Positions 43,311-57,413 of a stretch of 64,000 nt of DNA are shown piece by piece. The position numbers and the translations under genes are program-made. The stretch's first letter is position 1; each line of letters opens with the position of its first letter. This DNA is from the human T2T-CHM13v2.0 reference genome, Homo sapiens, in assembly GCF_009914755.1 (NCBI RefSeq), contig NC_060947.1; one strand, given 5' to 3'. The notes under the pieces were generated by a model that saw only the letters and a list, made by a program, of their open reading frames with translations, ran no database searches and was not told the DNA's origin.

Positions 43311-43977
43311 ATAATGACCTCAAATAAGTGATTATCCAACCTACAATCAATACCTTCTGAAGCAGCCCATTCTATTTTCTGACAGCTTTAATCATCGGAT
43401 ATGTGAAAATAAGTCTCTAGACCATAAACTCCACAAGGGCATGGATCTTAGGTCATGTTCATAGGTAGGTCTCAAGGGCCTAAACAGTGCCTGGTACAGA
43501 GTAGCTGCTCAAAAAATATTTGTCAAATGAATGCCTCCTGGTGGCTTCCCACAATGATTCTATTTCTACTCTAGAAATTTCAAAAGAAATCTGTTTCTTC
43601 ATTATAACAACCCAACAAACATCTTAAGACAATTGTCATGTTTACCCCTCTTCAAACTCCACTATAATTTTTTTTTCTTTTGCAAGTTAAACATTCCTAG
43701 TTCACTCAACTATTTCTTATAGGTTGGATTTCCAGTCCCCACAACAAAGATTTACTGGATGCCTGTTATACAGTCACCAATGGGGAGGGGTGAGGCCATG
43801 AAAGAATTCTGGATAGTATCTACTCTATTCATCACAGCCCAGCTCTGTCATCCAACACATTGTCCTAATTTGTCCACCAGAACAGTAATGAAAAGTTTTG
43901 GCGAATGGCTGGCAGAAATCCACATGGACAGCATCTACTATTTTTCCCCAATAGAGTTGTCTGGCTACTTTATCCAA

Positions 43978-44181
43978 GAGGAGGAGGAGGAAAGGAAAGA
44001 TAAGAAGAAGGAAGGGAGAGAGGGAGGGAGGGAGAAAGGGAAAGGAGGGAAGGAAGGAAGGAAGGAAGGGAGGGAGGGAGGGAAAAGGAAGGAAGGAGGG
44101 AGGGAGGGAAGGAGGGAGGGAGGGAAGGAAGGAAAGAAGGGAGGGGGGAGGGAGGGATGGAGGGAGGAACGAAGGGAAGGA
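43978..44181 (+). repeat. Polypurine (GGAA/GGGA)n tract
   Basis: About 200 bp, almost entirely A and G. Confidence 0.95.
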
Positions 44182-44415
44182 ATAACAGGTGGGAAGGTCC
44201 AAATATTAAAAACAAAAACAAAAAACAAATAAACAATGGTGCCCTGGTTTTTCAAGAGAAAGGCTATGAACTTCCCAAACTACAGACTGATGAATTTGAT
44301 ATTGATTCTAAGCCAGAGATCAGCAAATTATTCTCCAAAGTGCCAAATAGCAACTATCAGAGGCTTTTCAGGAAAAAGAAGTGAGGTTAACCTGGCACTA
44401 CTTCACAACTTCATA

Positions 44416-44620
44416 CCGTGGTTCTCAACTGTGGCTTCATATTGGAATCACTTATGAATCCCCTAGAAATGATGAACTTCTGAGACCCCATCCCAGGGAT
44501 TCTGATTTCATTAGTCTGGGATATAGGCCGAGCACCAGGATTTTTCAAGGTTCCCCAGTGATTCTAATGTGTAGCCTTGCTAGGCTAATGTGGTCCTTGC
44601 TGGCGCTGAGGACCACTGCG
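44416..44620. mobile_element. MER5-type MITE
   Basis: gtggttctcaac...gaatcac...gattctgatttcattagtctgg...gaggaccactg. Confidence 0.7.
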
Positions 44621-44702
44621 TTCATGCAAACTCCTGGGGATCAACACATCTCTTTTTAAGGACTCACAGTCTTTTTTTCTTTTAAGCCTATTCTAGAATA
44701 TT

Positions 44703-44898
44703 GCATCTGGCCCTCCATCCATTTTTGAATATCAAGTTGTGTTGGCACACAGCCATGCTCATCCGCATACACATTGTCAGTGTCTGCTTTCACACTCCTG
44801 CAGCAGCGTGGAGTCGTTGTGACTGAGACCATGTGACCCACAAGCCTCAAATAGCTACTTACTCTCTGACACTTTTGAGAAAAGTTGGCTGACCTCTG
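44703..44898. mobile_element. MER58A-like MITE
   Basis: ttggcacacagccatgctcat...gagaccatgtgacccacaagcct...gttggctgacctctg. Confidence 0.75.
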
Positions 44899-44995
44899 GC
44901 TTAGAATCAATATCAAATTCACCAGTCTATAGTTTGGGGAATTCATGGCTTTTCTCTTAAAGAATCAAGGTACCACTGTTTGTTTATATATTTGT

Positions 44996-45347
44996 CTTTT
45001 TTTAAACTTTTAAGTTCAGGGGTACACGCGCAGATTTGTTATATAGGTAAAAGCATGTCACAGGGGTTTGTTGTACAGATTATTTCATCACCCAGGTACT
45101 AAGCCTAATACCCATTAGTGATTTTTCCTGATCCTCTCCTTCCTCTCACCCTCCACGTCCAGTGGGTCCCATTGTCTGTTGTTCCCCCGACGTGTCCATG
45201 TGTTCTCATCATTTATCTCCCACTTATAAGTGAGAATATGCAGTGTTTGGTTTTCTATTCCTGTGTTAGTTTGCTAAGGACAATGGCTTCCAGCTCCATC
45301 CATGTTCCTGCAAAGGAAATGATCTCATTCTTTTTTATGGCTGCATA
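44996..45347 (-). mobile_element. L1PA (PA13-15-like) 3' end
   Basis: ttttaagttcaggggtacac...gtacagattatttcatcacccagg. Confidence 0.88.
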
Positions 45348-47201
45348 GGACCTTCTTACCTGTTACTCTCCTGAACCCTCTCCTACTCCTCATGATTACT
45401 TAGAAAGCCTGGCAATAAGGTGATTTTCACAGTATCACTTATCACAACACTGAAGAAGAGATGTAATAGATTTTATTCTGATGTATGAATGTATGTAATA
45501 GGAAGCCTTTTAAGATCACCTACAGTAGCATTTCATAATTGTTATATACACGAGGTTATTGACCAGAATGAGCATGTGTTTCATCAGTGTTTACATATTT
45601 CCTATCTGAGCATCCCACATACTGTATGCAGCCAAGCTTCCTACTCTACTCTCTGAAGCTGCAAGCTATTAAAACTCAAGATTATGATATATAACAAGTA
45701 ATATTTGATATATAATGTCTACTATTTAACATACACTGGATGGTACATAATAGGCAATGTACGTCTGTGAGGCAGTTATTGTTGCTGTGGCACTGGCTTT
45801 TGGACATTTTTGGATTTCACTCTGCAGGCGTTTTTAAAACTTATGATCAATGATCCATGAAAAATGAGCCCTAAAATAAACCTGTGTTTCACTTTAGGCA
45901 TGAATAGAATATATGGGAAGACACCTGTAAGCATATCCACCCCACCTGCCTTTACCTAGATCCTTCTCATATTGCATAATAATAATCTGAATTTCTGAGA
46001 TCATTCAGCATGATCTGCTGGTAGCACAGAAGGTGCAGATGGATGACATGTGGCCAGAGCATTTATAATTCTGTGTAATGCATACGCATATCGCTTTACT
46101 CCAGGTGCATTAGAATTAGGGATAGTTTTGTCTCTCACTTGCACAGTAAATGTGGGCCTTCGTAGAGACTCATTTTCCATGGGATATTGATAAGCCCTAG
46201 AAATTTCCACAGCTGGAGAAACTGCATCACAGTGTGGACCTACTTCAATTATGGACTTGCTCTGGTCCTAATAGTTGCAGGTTCAAAGAACACAGCATTG
46301 AGGTAGGCTGCTGGCAGCCCTCAGATATTAAGTACATGAACATGCCTCCCACATGGGAATCACTCTCATTTCAGTCAATAACCCTTGAAGAAAATGGAAT
46401 CATTAATTGGAGTAGTAAAATCTGAGAAAGCATTTTAATGCACTTACTGCGTGAAATGTTTTCACCATTAGAAAGTCCTTTGATTGAGGGGAAGAAAACT
46501 GCTGAGAATTTTCAAAATCTAAATGATCTTCAGAGCTACTCCTAAGCCTTTTACTAGCTTGATTTAAATCACAAGTAATGAATGACTATACAGTGTACCC
46601 CAACATAACATATACACAATTTATTAATATATATTTTGACAAGAAGATAAAGGAACCCATTCTGATTACCTTAAAGTCCCAAATATTCAGAATACCCAAT
46701 GGCTCATGTGTCTGGTCTTGGAGTGACTGAGAAAGCTCCTCCCAGTCCCACCTCAGCTGAACTCCCATCTCATCACCAAGTGGCATCTGGCCCTGCTTCC
46801 GGGTCCCTCAAGTTGTGACAGTCTGAATCATCCTTGATTTCTGGAAATCCACTTTAAACCATCGCGAAGAGCTATCGATGTGCTTTGAGTACTGAGTTGA
46901 TGTTTTTTGTGATCAAATTCTTTTCTAAAAGAATTCATCTATGGTGGGTCTGTGGTATTGTTCTCTCAGCCAGAATATTTAATTAACCAGAAGAACCCAT
47001 TTCCATGTGTAGCTTAACTAAGTTTAGTACATCAAGTCACAGAAAAAAATCATTGTTCGGATTCCACCCTGAGCAGGGAAGACCGTACTCTGTTCTTTCC
47101 CCCATCAGAATGTGCCATAGCCCAGCTAACAATGGTAGAGGGGGGCTTTTACCTCAGTCCATCACCACATCTCAGGTAAAAACAGCAGAGGTGGAATCTG
47201 A

Positions 47202-47624
<423 letters not shown>

Positions 47625-47696
47625 TAATTAAAATAAGACTGGGATAAATCTTTTAATAAGACAATTAACCACCTGACACTCTCTTTGGTCAAATCC

Positions 47697-48272
47697 AAAG
47701 TTAAACAGAGTCACCATATGACTCAGCAAGTCCACCTAAGGTAGATATCCAAGAAAAATGAACACATATGTCCACACCAAAACTTGTACATGAATGTTTA
47801 CAGCAGCACTATTCCAATAACCAATAGGTGGAAACAAACCAAATGTCCATCAACTGATGAACGGATAAACAAAATGTGGTATATCCGTACAGTAGAATGT
47901 TATTCAGCCATAAACAGAAATGAAATTCTGATATATCCTACAACGTGAATGTAACCTGAAAATGTTATGCTAAGTGAAAGCTGCCTGACACACACACAAA
48001 AAAAACCATGTACATGTGAGTACATTTATATGAACTGCCCAGAAAAGGTAAATCTCTAGAGAGTAAAAGTGGATTCATGGTTGTCGGGAGCTAGGGGTGG
48101 TGCAGGGAATGGAGAATGGGGAGTGACTACTAATGGGTATAGGATTTCTTTTTTGGGGAGATGAAAATCTTCTGGATTACATTGTGGTGATAGTTGCACA
48201 ACTTTGTGAAAACACTGACTTGTAAACTTTGAAAGGGTAAATTGTATCGTATGTGAATTATATCTCAAATGT
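47697..48272 (+). mobile_element. L1MB 3' end
   Basis: aaatgtccatcaactgatgaacggataaacaaaatgtgg ... tgtgaattatatctcaa. Confidence 0.85.
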
Positions 48273-48429
48273 AAAGGAAGGGAGGAAGGGAGGGAGGGAG
48301 GGAAAGGGGGAGGGAGGGATGGAGGAAGGAAACTAGGAAGGAAGAAGGAAGCAAGCAAGCAAGCTTTCAGGCTAAGGGAGACTAAGGAAGAAACCAACTT
48401 GAAATGGGATGCGGGAGAGGCCTCCCCAA

Positions 48430-49112
48430 GGCTAGGATTCAGCCTTCACTGGAGAGGATGGGCTACAGCCCACTTGGTGGAGGAGAAGTGTGTTGGGTTG
48501 TCCTGGGGTTGCACTGGGCCAGAGCTGGTCTGTGTACTGAGAGCCCTGGCCAGAAACTGTGGGCCACAGCTGGCAAGCTGGAAATCCCCCAACATGGGCC
48601 AGCAGGCCAAGGCTGGTAGGAAGGAAACTGCCCACTGGAGTCCTGATAATTCATGACAAAGTTTCCCTTGGGGAATGCTGTTGAATTTTCTGGGAAGCTG
48701 CCATGGCTGGACTCTCCAGAAAATCACAAAGGTGTCACCTGCAGGGGGTCCTGCTGAGCTCATGGGGAAGCCAGCCGGGGCACCTATGGAAGAGGTTGTC
48801 ACTGAGCCCCACCACAGCTGGGGCACCTGCAAAACTTGCCATGAAGCTGCCCATGGAGTGCCATTGAAACTCACTGGCATGAGCTCCACTGGGTATCCCA
48901 CATGCCTAGCCCACTGCCACAGGAACAAGGAGAAGCAAAGCATACCAACGCTAGAAAGAGAAGCCCTACCCTTCTCCCGAGTCATCCCAGCAGCCTCTAC
49001 CAACAAAGCTCAGCATCACGCCAGTCAGCAAGGGGAAAACATCCCAGAATCACAATCTGGGCAACAAAGTGTGGATTTGGAGCTGAGGGGCAAAAGATTG
49101 ATATTAATGGCT
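48430..49112. mobile_element. Ancient ERV LTR, LTR78-like
   Basis: caaagctcagcatcacgccag...gtggatttggagctgaggggcaaaagattgata matches the recalled LTR78 end. Confidence 0.55.
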
Positions 49113-50121
49113 ATTCTTTAACTACGAAAGGAGTTTGTGTTCAAATAAGTTTGGAAAACCCTACTTAACACACCACCCTCTTGATATACATTATTAGCAG
49201 TGCTAACATGTTCTATGGGAACGCACCTTATTTAACTCTGCTTGACGTAGCATTTCCAAAATTCACTTGATCACAGAACTCTGTTCCTCCTGATCATTAA
49301 CACCCACGCTCTCTGGGAAACTGCTCCGAGTGTGGTGTGGTGAAACTGGCAAAATAACCAGAACAGGAAAGAAGCCACGGCGGTTGGAGAGCAGCTTGTG
49401 CGCCTTCACTGAATCACATGGAGCCGTCTGCTGCTGAAGGGATTCCTCTGGAACAGAATGCACACAAATGGAGTCATCTGGCTGGGCTCCCTCATGGCAT
49501 TCCATCATTTTATTTACTGCACACAAACCATAAGCTCTGCAGACACTGTGGAAATACAGTTTATTTAGGTAACTAAAAATATCCCCCAAATGGCATTTGG
49601 CCATTGCTGCATTTCCCAACTCCTCTGGCTTGCCCAGGCCCTGCTCTAAAAATTACCCCTTGCTGATCCAAGGAAAAGAAGATGGCATTTAACAACCAGA
49701 TTGATGGTACTGAGGTCAGGGGGCTTGGGACGCCATAATCCTGCCTAGCTACTCAGTCAATTTTCCCTTTTTGAGATTCCTAAGGGAATCAGACGTACAC
49801 AAAATCACAAATGAGAATCAAAACAGTGTTTTATTATCTGCCCGCTGGAAAGGGCAAAATGCAGCTAAGAAAAGAGTGAGCACACATGGGCTGTGTGGGG
49901 AGAGAGCCGCTACATCATTCAGTCATGGGTTCAAAACCCAGTTCACTCCATTTCTGGGCAGCTAGCCTCCAGATCCAACTGCTTATGCCCAAAATAACAT
50001 GTCTATAACATTACTTATCGCAGCAGGGCTTTAAACAGCAAAAGAATGAGAATAACCTAAGTATTCATCAAAAGGGGACTGGTTGAATAAGCCATGGCAC
50101 ATCATGCAAAGAAAAACGATG

Positions 50122-50430
50122 GGCTGGGCGTGGTGGCTCACATCTATAATCCCAACATTTGGGGAGGCCAAGGCAGGCAGATTGTTTGAGCCCAAGAATT
50201 CAAGACCAGCCTGGGTAACGTAGGGAGACCCTGTCTCTCCAAAAAATATAGAAATTAGCCAGGCATGGTGACTTGCGCCTATAGTCTCAGCTACTTGGGG
50301 GCGCTGAGGCGGAAGGATCACTTGAGCCCACGAGGTGAAGGATGCAGTGAGCCATGTTTGCACCACTGCACTCCAGCCTGAGTGACAAGGCAAGACCCTG
50401 AAAAAAAAAGGAAGGAAGGAAAAGAAAAAA
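50122..50430 (+). mobile_element. AluJ within an old L1M fragment
   Basis: tgagcccaagaattcaag, ggatcacttgagccc; TSD aaaaac(g/a)atg. Confidence 0.92.
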
Positions 50431-51877
50431 CAATGAAAACTGTGCAGCTATAAAAAGAGAATGAGGGAGATGTCCACCTAATGCTACACAGAGAATTCCA
50501 GGAAATAACGGTAGGTGGAAAAAACAAGGTGAACAGCATTGTATATCATATACTCTTGTGTGTAAGAAGGGGGGAAATTACAAACCGTATTCATACTTGC
50601 ATGTATTTGGCAAGATTCTTTCTAAAACCTGATGAAAGGAGTTACATAGGAGGCAAGAAGGAACCAAGAAGAAGCAAACGAGGAGAAAGCTTATCAGTCT
50701 GTATTTTTAAAACATTTTTTTAGTTTTTGAACTATGTCAACGTGTTATTACCAATTTGAATTTTTAAAATCTCCCCCCTCCCCCCCAAAAAAACACCAGT
50801 CTGCCACTTGCTAGGTACATGGTCCTAGCCAAGTCATTAACTTCCAATCTTAGGTTCCTGAATATGTAAATTGTCGGCAGTGATATGTATCTTGCAGAGT
50901 TGTTGTGAGTGTCGAATGTCACATTGTCAGTGAAAATGCTCTGCAATGGTGGGTTCTTTATTGAACTCCCAAAGCCTGCACCCATAGTTTTGTTAATCGA
51001 AAGTAATTATCAGGACAATGAAGTACATGGAGGCTCACAACATAATTGTTTTCTTTCAGTGCATGTATTTTAGAGGATGCACATATGCCTCTCTAAATCG
51101 AGCTCCTTCATTAGCAAATGATCAATTAAAGCAGTGTCTTTCTGTATTTAAAAAAAAGTACATTTCCAAAACATGTACCCCACATTCCCATGATCCTCTC
51201 CATTAACATTATACTTAATCTTTTCAATGTGATCTATTAGAAATTTGATGTTCTAAACCCTAATAAATTACTGGCATTTTGATATAATAATTATTATTAC
51301 TAATGAGGATTCAAATATACAAAATGTTTATTTAAAAAAAAATTATATTTTCTTATATTCCAAATAGAAAACTATTATTACAGGAAGGTACACACCATGC
51401 TTGTGTCCTCATAGAACTGTTCAACTGTTAGAAAAGAACAGATACATTTGTCAGGTAGAGGAACAAAAGAATTGGAAGACATGAATCAGAGATGAAGTGT
51501 ATTTGACCATTTCAGTCCGCTCTCTACTCAAGAAGAGAAGGCAGAGAAGGAAAGGGCAGGATAGGATGAACACTTAGCTACATATCACGAACTAAAAAAT
51601 AACAAATATGATAGGTTCTCCATCTTCTTTCCTGTTAACTCCCAGTGGACTTAGTTGTGAATTTGGCAGTGTCACATCTGACTCATGACATAAGAAAGTT
51701 GCTCATTGACTTAAGAAAACTGCCCTGTGAATTTCTATGCCCTATGAATATCAATCTGAAAAGTACATTAAAATAAATATGTCTACAGTCTTATTTGAAC
51801 ACTAAATATAATTGGTATTGAGCACATGCTTCAATGACTGTTGTCTGTTAAAAACGGCAACCTTGGAATAAGTTTTC

Positions 51878-52475
51878 ATGGTAGTTTTTTTTTTTTTTAA
51901 TGTCCACAAAACCTTTGATAGTCCACAAAACCTTTGATATGCCTCCCTTCAAGAGGTAAAGCCTAACTCTCGTCTTTAGCCTGGGCTGGACTTGGTGACT
52001 CACCTCTAACAAATAGAATGTGGCTGAAGTGACTGTGGGTGGTGAGTTTGGGGATTAGGTCATAAAAAGGTACTGTGGCTTCCATCTTGGTCACGTCACC
52101 TCTAGCCCTCTCTTGGATCACTTGCTCTGGGGGAAGCCCTCTGCCATATTGTGAGCTGGCCTATGGAGGGGAACACATTGTAAGGAGCTGAGGGAGACCT
52201 CCAGCCAATGGTCATGAGGATCTAACACCTCCTGACAAGAGCCATGTGAATGCACCATCTTGGAAGCAAATTCTCCAGCCCCAGCCAAGTTTCCAGATGA
52301 CTACAACCCCAGCCAACAGGTTGGCTGCAACCTCATGAGAGACCTGGAGCCAGAACCATCAGCCAAACCACTCTCAGATTCCCGACCCTCAGAAACTATA
52401 AAATTAATAAATTTTTGTTGTTGTAAGCCACAAATTTGGAGGTAATTTATTTCACAGCAAAAGATAACTAATGCA
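51878..52475 (+). mobile_element. MLT1E/F-type MaLR LTR
   Basis: cctcccttcaagagg...gccagaaccatcagcc...gataactaatgca. Confidence 0.75.
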
Positions 52476-52617
52476 GATTCTCAAAATGTAATTCTGAGTA
52501 AATGATTGCAAACTGCAATTACATCTCATTTCTCCACACAAAAAAAAAAAATGTCTAAAACAGCCTTGAAAAAAATTCAAGATTGTGGTATCTGGTGAAA
52601 CCAGAATTAACATTTCC

Positions 52618-52940
52618 AGCCAGGCGAAGTGGCTCACACCTGTAATCCCAGTACTTTGGGAGGCCAAGGCAGAAGGATTGCTTGAGTCCAGGAGTTCAAG
52701 ACCAGCCTGGGCAACATAGGGAGACCCCCTCCGCCCCCCACCGCCCCATCTCTACAAAAAAATTTAAAAACTAGCTGGGCATGGTGGTGTGTGCCTGTAG
52801 TCCTATCTACTCAGGAGACAGGCAGGAGGATAGCTTGAGCTCGAAACGTCGAGGCTGCAGTGAGCAGTGATTGCTCCGCTGCACTCCAGCCTGGGTGACA
52901 GAGTAAGACCCTGTCTCAGAAAAAAAAAAAAGAAAAAAAA
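52618..52940 (+). mobile_element. AluJ
   Basis: ggattgcttgagtccagg and ggatagcttgagc; C-rich insertion at 52725-52746. Confidence 0.92.
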
Positions 52941-52979
52941 CCCCTCCAAATTCCATCATATCACAACTATATTCCTTGC

Positions 52980-53170
52980 ATTTATCCTCTCATTTATTCA
53001 TTCAACAAACATTATCAAGCACTTACTCAGTGCCAGACAGTGTTCTCGACCCTGGGATACAGCAGCGAGTGAGACAAACCAAAATCTCTGCCCTCCTGAG
53101 GCTTACATACTAGTGAAAAAGAAATAAACAACAATACACAGCATACTAGGTAGTGATAAGAGCTAAGGAG
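52980..53170 (-). mobile_element. L2 3' fragment
   Basis: attcattcaacaaacattatcaagcacttactcagtgccagac. Confidence 0.75.
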
Positions 53171-54763
53171 CTCAAAGAATGCAATGAGTCAGGTCAATCA
53201 AACTTCATTTGCGGCTCTCAAAATAGCTCAGGGCAGTTTCCCTCCTTGTAGTGATTCAGAGACAGGCTCCTTCCATCTCATGGCTCCACCTTCCCAGGGA
53301 CTGGGAGTCCTCTAAAGATTGTCAGTAGATGAGGAAAGTGAGGGAGAAGGTACACTTGCTTCTCAGTCACCTCCAACCAAGAGTGATACACAACCCTTCC
53401 ACTCACAGGCCATGGCAATAAAATGTTATGTAGCCCCATTGCTTTGTAAAGCAATCTGGGGAACGTAGCCCCAACTATAGTGCTATGCTAGAAAGAACAG
53501 CAGAATCTTTGGTAGGCAGCCGTTTTTCTCTGCTACAGTCTCATTGATCTATTCCATCCCTGCCTGTTCTACCTGCTGGCCCAGGCTTTGGCCCAGGCAC
53601 AGTCATGCCAAGGGGAACAAATATCTCCCATCCGGATATCTGTAATCTCATTGTAAAAATTTCAATCCTTTTTGTGAGTCATTTCCTTGGTTTTTTTTTT
53701 AAATCACCTGTAGGGGCGACATATGGAGTTCTCAATCCTCAGAGAAGTTTATCAGATTTAATTTTTCATTCCTTGAGATAAGAAATCACCAGCTTACCTG
53801 GTAACTCAATGAGCTTTAATTGGGGACTGCAAGGGAGGTGGAGCGGGTATGTGCTGATGATAGCCACTCACAGCTTTGCTAAGGGTGAGTGTTTGGGGTC
53901 TCCATCACAAACTTTACTCCAGGCATCATCCTATCTACTTATCCACAGCCACTCTCCCAAGTCAAAGAAACACTTTGCAAATGCATATTCACTGCACATG
54001 GTCCTTCTCCAAGAGAAAAGAATGGCCCCCAGTTAATCGTACAGGCAGCTAAATGTCAGGAGCAATCACTGAGATGAGAGTGGCTCATCAAAGCAAGTCA
54101 GGAAAGAGGAGTCTTATTTAAAAGCTAAATGGGGTTCTGAAAGACAGACCCTGAGAAGAGCGATTTCTGGGCTGATTTCACTTTAATGCAAAGATCCACT
54201 CTCTGCTCTAACTCTCTATGATTATTTTATACAAATTGCATTACATCAATTCCTTGGGAAATACAGATGTAAGCTGCATTTCCATTTCCTAGAATTGAAA
54301 ATGACTTCGGAGGGGCTCAATTGGAATTTTTTTAATCTTCTTTAAACATTCATATGTTCTGGAGGCAATAGATGCGAATACAGAGACACATTGCCTTGGT
54401 TGACAGTTTCAAAGTCTGTAACATCAGCCTGTAACCTTCTATGCTAAAGAAATCTGTTCGCCCAAGGAAGTTTAACAACTTCCCCTTGGAAAGGTAAATC
54501 ATCAGCATATTTCTATAAAAGTGAATTAATTTGATACCACAAGGAAAAAATGCCACCCTGGGTTTTTAATTAGTTATCACATCTGTTCCGATTCTGAATT
54601 TAAAACTGAATGTTTAGTGTCAGTACACAATGTCACGGTCACTTTAACTCAGGAGAGTTAAAAATTTGCTATCTCTATGACGTTAGAACTGAGCACTGCA
54701 AGAACCGTACTCTCATCCCAATCCTGCTCTTTAAAGCCACAGACAGAAACATCTTTGAATGAG

Positions 54764-55215
54764 TGTATTCATTTTCTAGGTCTGCTATAACAAAGTACCG
54801 CAAATTTGGTGGATTTAAGCAACAGAAATTTTTTCTCTCCCAGTTCTGCACGTCAGAAGTCCAAAATCAAGGTGTTGTCAGAGCCATACTCCCTCCCAAG
54901 TCTGTAGGGAGGATCCTTCCTTGCCTCTTCCAGTTTCTGGTCACCCTAGGCATTCCTTGGCTTGTGTCAGTATCACTCCAATCTCTGCCCTATCTCCACG
55001 TGGTCATTTCTTCACCGTGTGTCTTCTGTCTTCACATGGTGTTTTTCTCTTCTTATAAAGACATCAGTCGCATTGAATTAGGGCTCACCCTAATGACCCA
55101 TTTTACCTTGATTACATCTGCAAAGACTCTATTTCCAAAAAAAGGTCATAGTCACAGGTACTAGGGATTAGGACTTCAACCTATCTTTTGGGGGGACCCA
55201 GTTCAACCCATAATA
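54764..55215 (-). mobile_element. MLT1B/C MaLR LTR
   Basis: ctgctataacaaagtacc...gattacatctgcaaagactctatttccaaa...gttcaacccataata. Confidence 0.85.
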
Positions 55216-55789
55216 GAAGGTATCCCAGATAAGGGGTTCAAAACATTATTGCAAAGATCATAAAACCTGCAAAGCTACTACAACAGCTTTGCAAAGTAAC
55301 ATTTGCAGAGCCTGGAGCAAGCATATGAATGCAGTCTCACATACCGTAGTCTAAAGATATAGAATTTACAAATCAAGCTACACCAACAGCTTGGCATACC
55401 TTCCCACCCAGCACCCCACACCCCTGGGGACCATCATTCCCTTGGATAGGCTAAAGAAACCTAAGTTTACCCCAAGGTCAGCTGTGTCTGTGAGTCTAAA
55501 TACCAGAATGGGTCTTGTGGGACAGGGCATGGTGGAAGCTGGACCCAAGTCAAGGATGCCTAGGCAGTGTCAGGGTGACTGGATCCGCCCCTAGACCGAC
55601 CAAGTCAAGCTCCCCAAGGAGCTGGGAAGGACACTTTCACAGCTCAAGATTTCCAGGCAGTTCTAAGCATTTTCCAAAACACCACCACCCAAGCAGAGGG
55701 GGAGGAGGGAACAGTTATTTGGGGCACCCCATCTGCCTAATCACCCACGTTGGGTGATTTAGAACAGCCAACTTAATGTGTTTTTTTCT

Positions 55790-55937
55790 TAATTTTAATT
55801 TTCATTTTTTTTTAGAGATGGAGTCTCACTCTGTCACCCAGGCTGGAGTCCAATGGCTGATCATAACTCACTGCAGCCTCAAACTCCTGGGCTCAAGAGA
55901 GTAGCTGGATCTACAGGTGTACCACACTGTGCCAGAC
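55790..55937 (-). mobile_element. Alu monomer fragment (FRAM/AluJ-like)
   Basis: gtctcactctgtcacccaggctggag...actcactgcagcctcaaactcctgggctcaag. Confidence 0.8.
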
Positions 55938-56018
55938 TAGAATGGCCATCTTCAAATGAAAGCAGCCAATCTTCCTCTGGTTTCCTGGAGTGGAAGCTGT
56001 CTCCCCACCCTCCACCAT

Positions 56019-56039
56019 GCACGCACGCGTGCACACACA

Positions 56040-56072
<33 letters not shown>
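56019..56072. repeat. (CA)n microsatellite
   Basis: Seen directly. Confidence 0.95.
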
Positions 56073-56074
<2 letters not shown>

Positions 56075-57039
56075 ACAGGTTCTCAGCCCAGAATCCTCTG
56101 ACCTGGGAGGCCTAGGAGAGTACATCTCTCTCCCGTAATTCCCAGTAACTTAATCAGTTATCGCACTTATAAAAACGTCTTTAAAAACATTAAAAATTCA
56201 TCAAACTTTAAAACATTTCAAATTTTATGAGTTCAAAAACATTCCAAAAGTCATTGTCTTTCATTGCTTGTGGTGTATGGGGTCTTATAAGGTGTGGGGC
56301 CCAGGGCAGGGGCCCCTGGTGTCCTGGTCTGGGAGGGCAGCACTGCTACCTAGTTGTGATGCAGCTGTTCAAAAGAACTCTGGTTCCTTTGCAAGCCCCA
56401 GAGGGACATACAATTCCCTCAGTGCCCCAACCTTCGGCAAAAGTCAGCCCCAAATCATCTCACCACTAGGGGCCAGAATTTGTTACTGAGGCAAGTCTGA
56501 TCCCACCAACTGAACTGCTGGGGGCAGATCGTGCCGGGTTCTTTAGACTCCCTGCAAGCAAGCCACCTGTTCCGCTTGGTTCCTGGGCAGGGCAACCTAG
56601 GTTGAAACGCTTTAGTGAAACCCTGAAGAAGCTGTGTGAGGTTCTGAGGTCCTGCTATAAGAAAGAGTCCCAGGCTTGGAGTGAAAAGAGATCAGATCCT
56701 ACTCCTCCTCCTTTCCTCAAGTAGCCATATGAACTTGGGTGTGGCATTTATATTCTCTAAGCCTCGACTTTCCCCTGTAAAATGGAAATAATAAATCATA
56801 ATATCTCTCCAGCATATGTCATAGAGGGTTGCTTCTGCTCTTGCACCATACACTGGGTTTGTTGGGTCATGACATCTTGTAGCTGTCATTAAGGAGCTAT
56901 AATTTCCACTAAGGAGTTAGAGTCCTAGAATGGTTTACCCTCCAGGCCTAATAAATTCAAGCTTAGATGATGATGATGATGATAACAATATAATATAATC
57001 AATTAATATTTTATGTAAATACCAAAATAATACTGATAA

Positions 57040-57413
<374 letters not shown>

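Larger units (their letters stand above)
44231..44981. repeat. Inverted repeat, arms ~44231-44350 and ~44862-44981
   Basis: About 120 bp aligned by hand with ~20 mismatches, mostly transitions. Confidence 0.9.

Noticed and set aside
43759-44255. ORFs of 88-157 aa rich in G/E/R/K or P/S/F/L
   Set aside because: Translations of the polypurine tract.
48446-49006. Longest ORF (186 aa) and overlapping ORFs
   Set aside because: Lies in a GC-rich old LTR with open frames on both strands, and shows no recognisable domain or splice structure.
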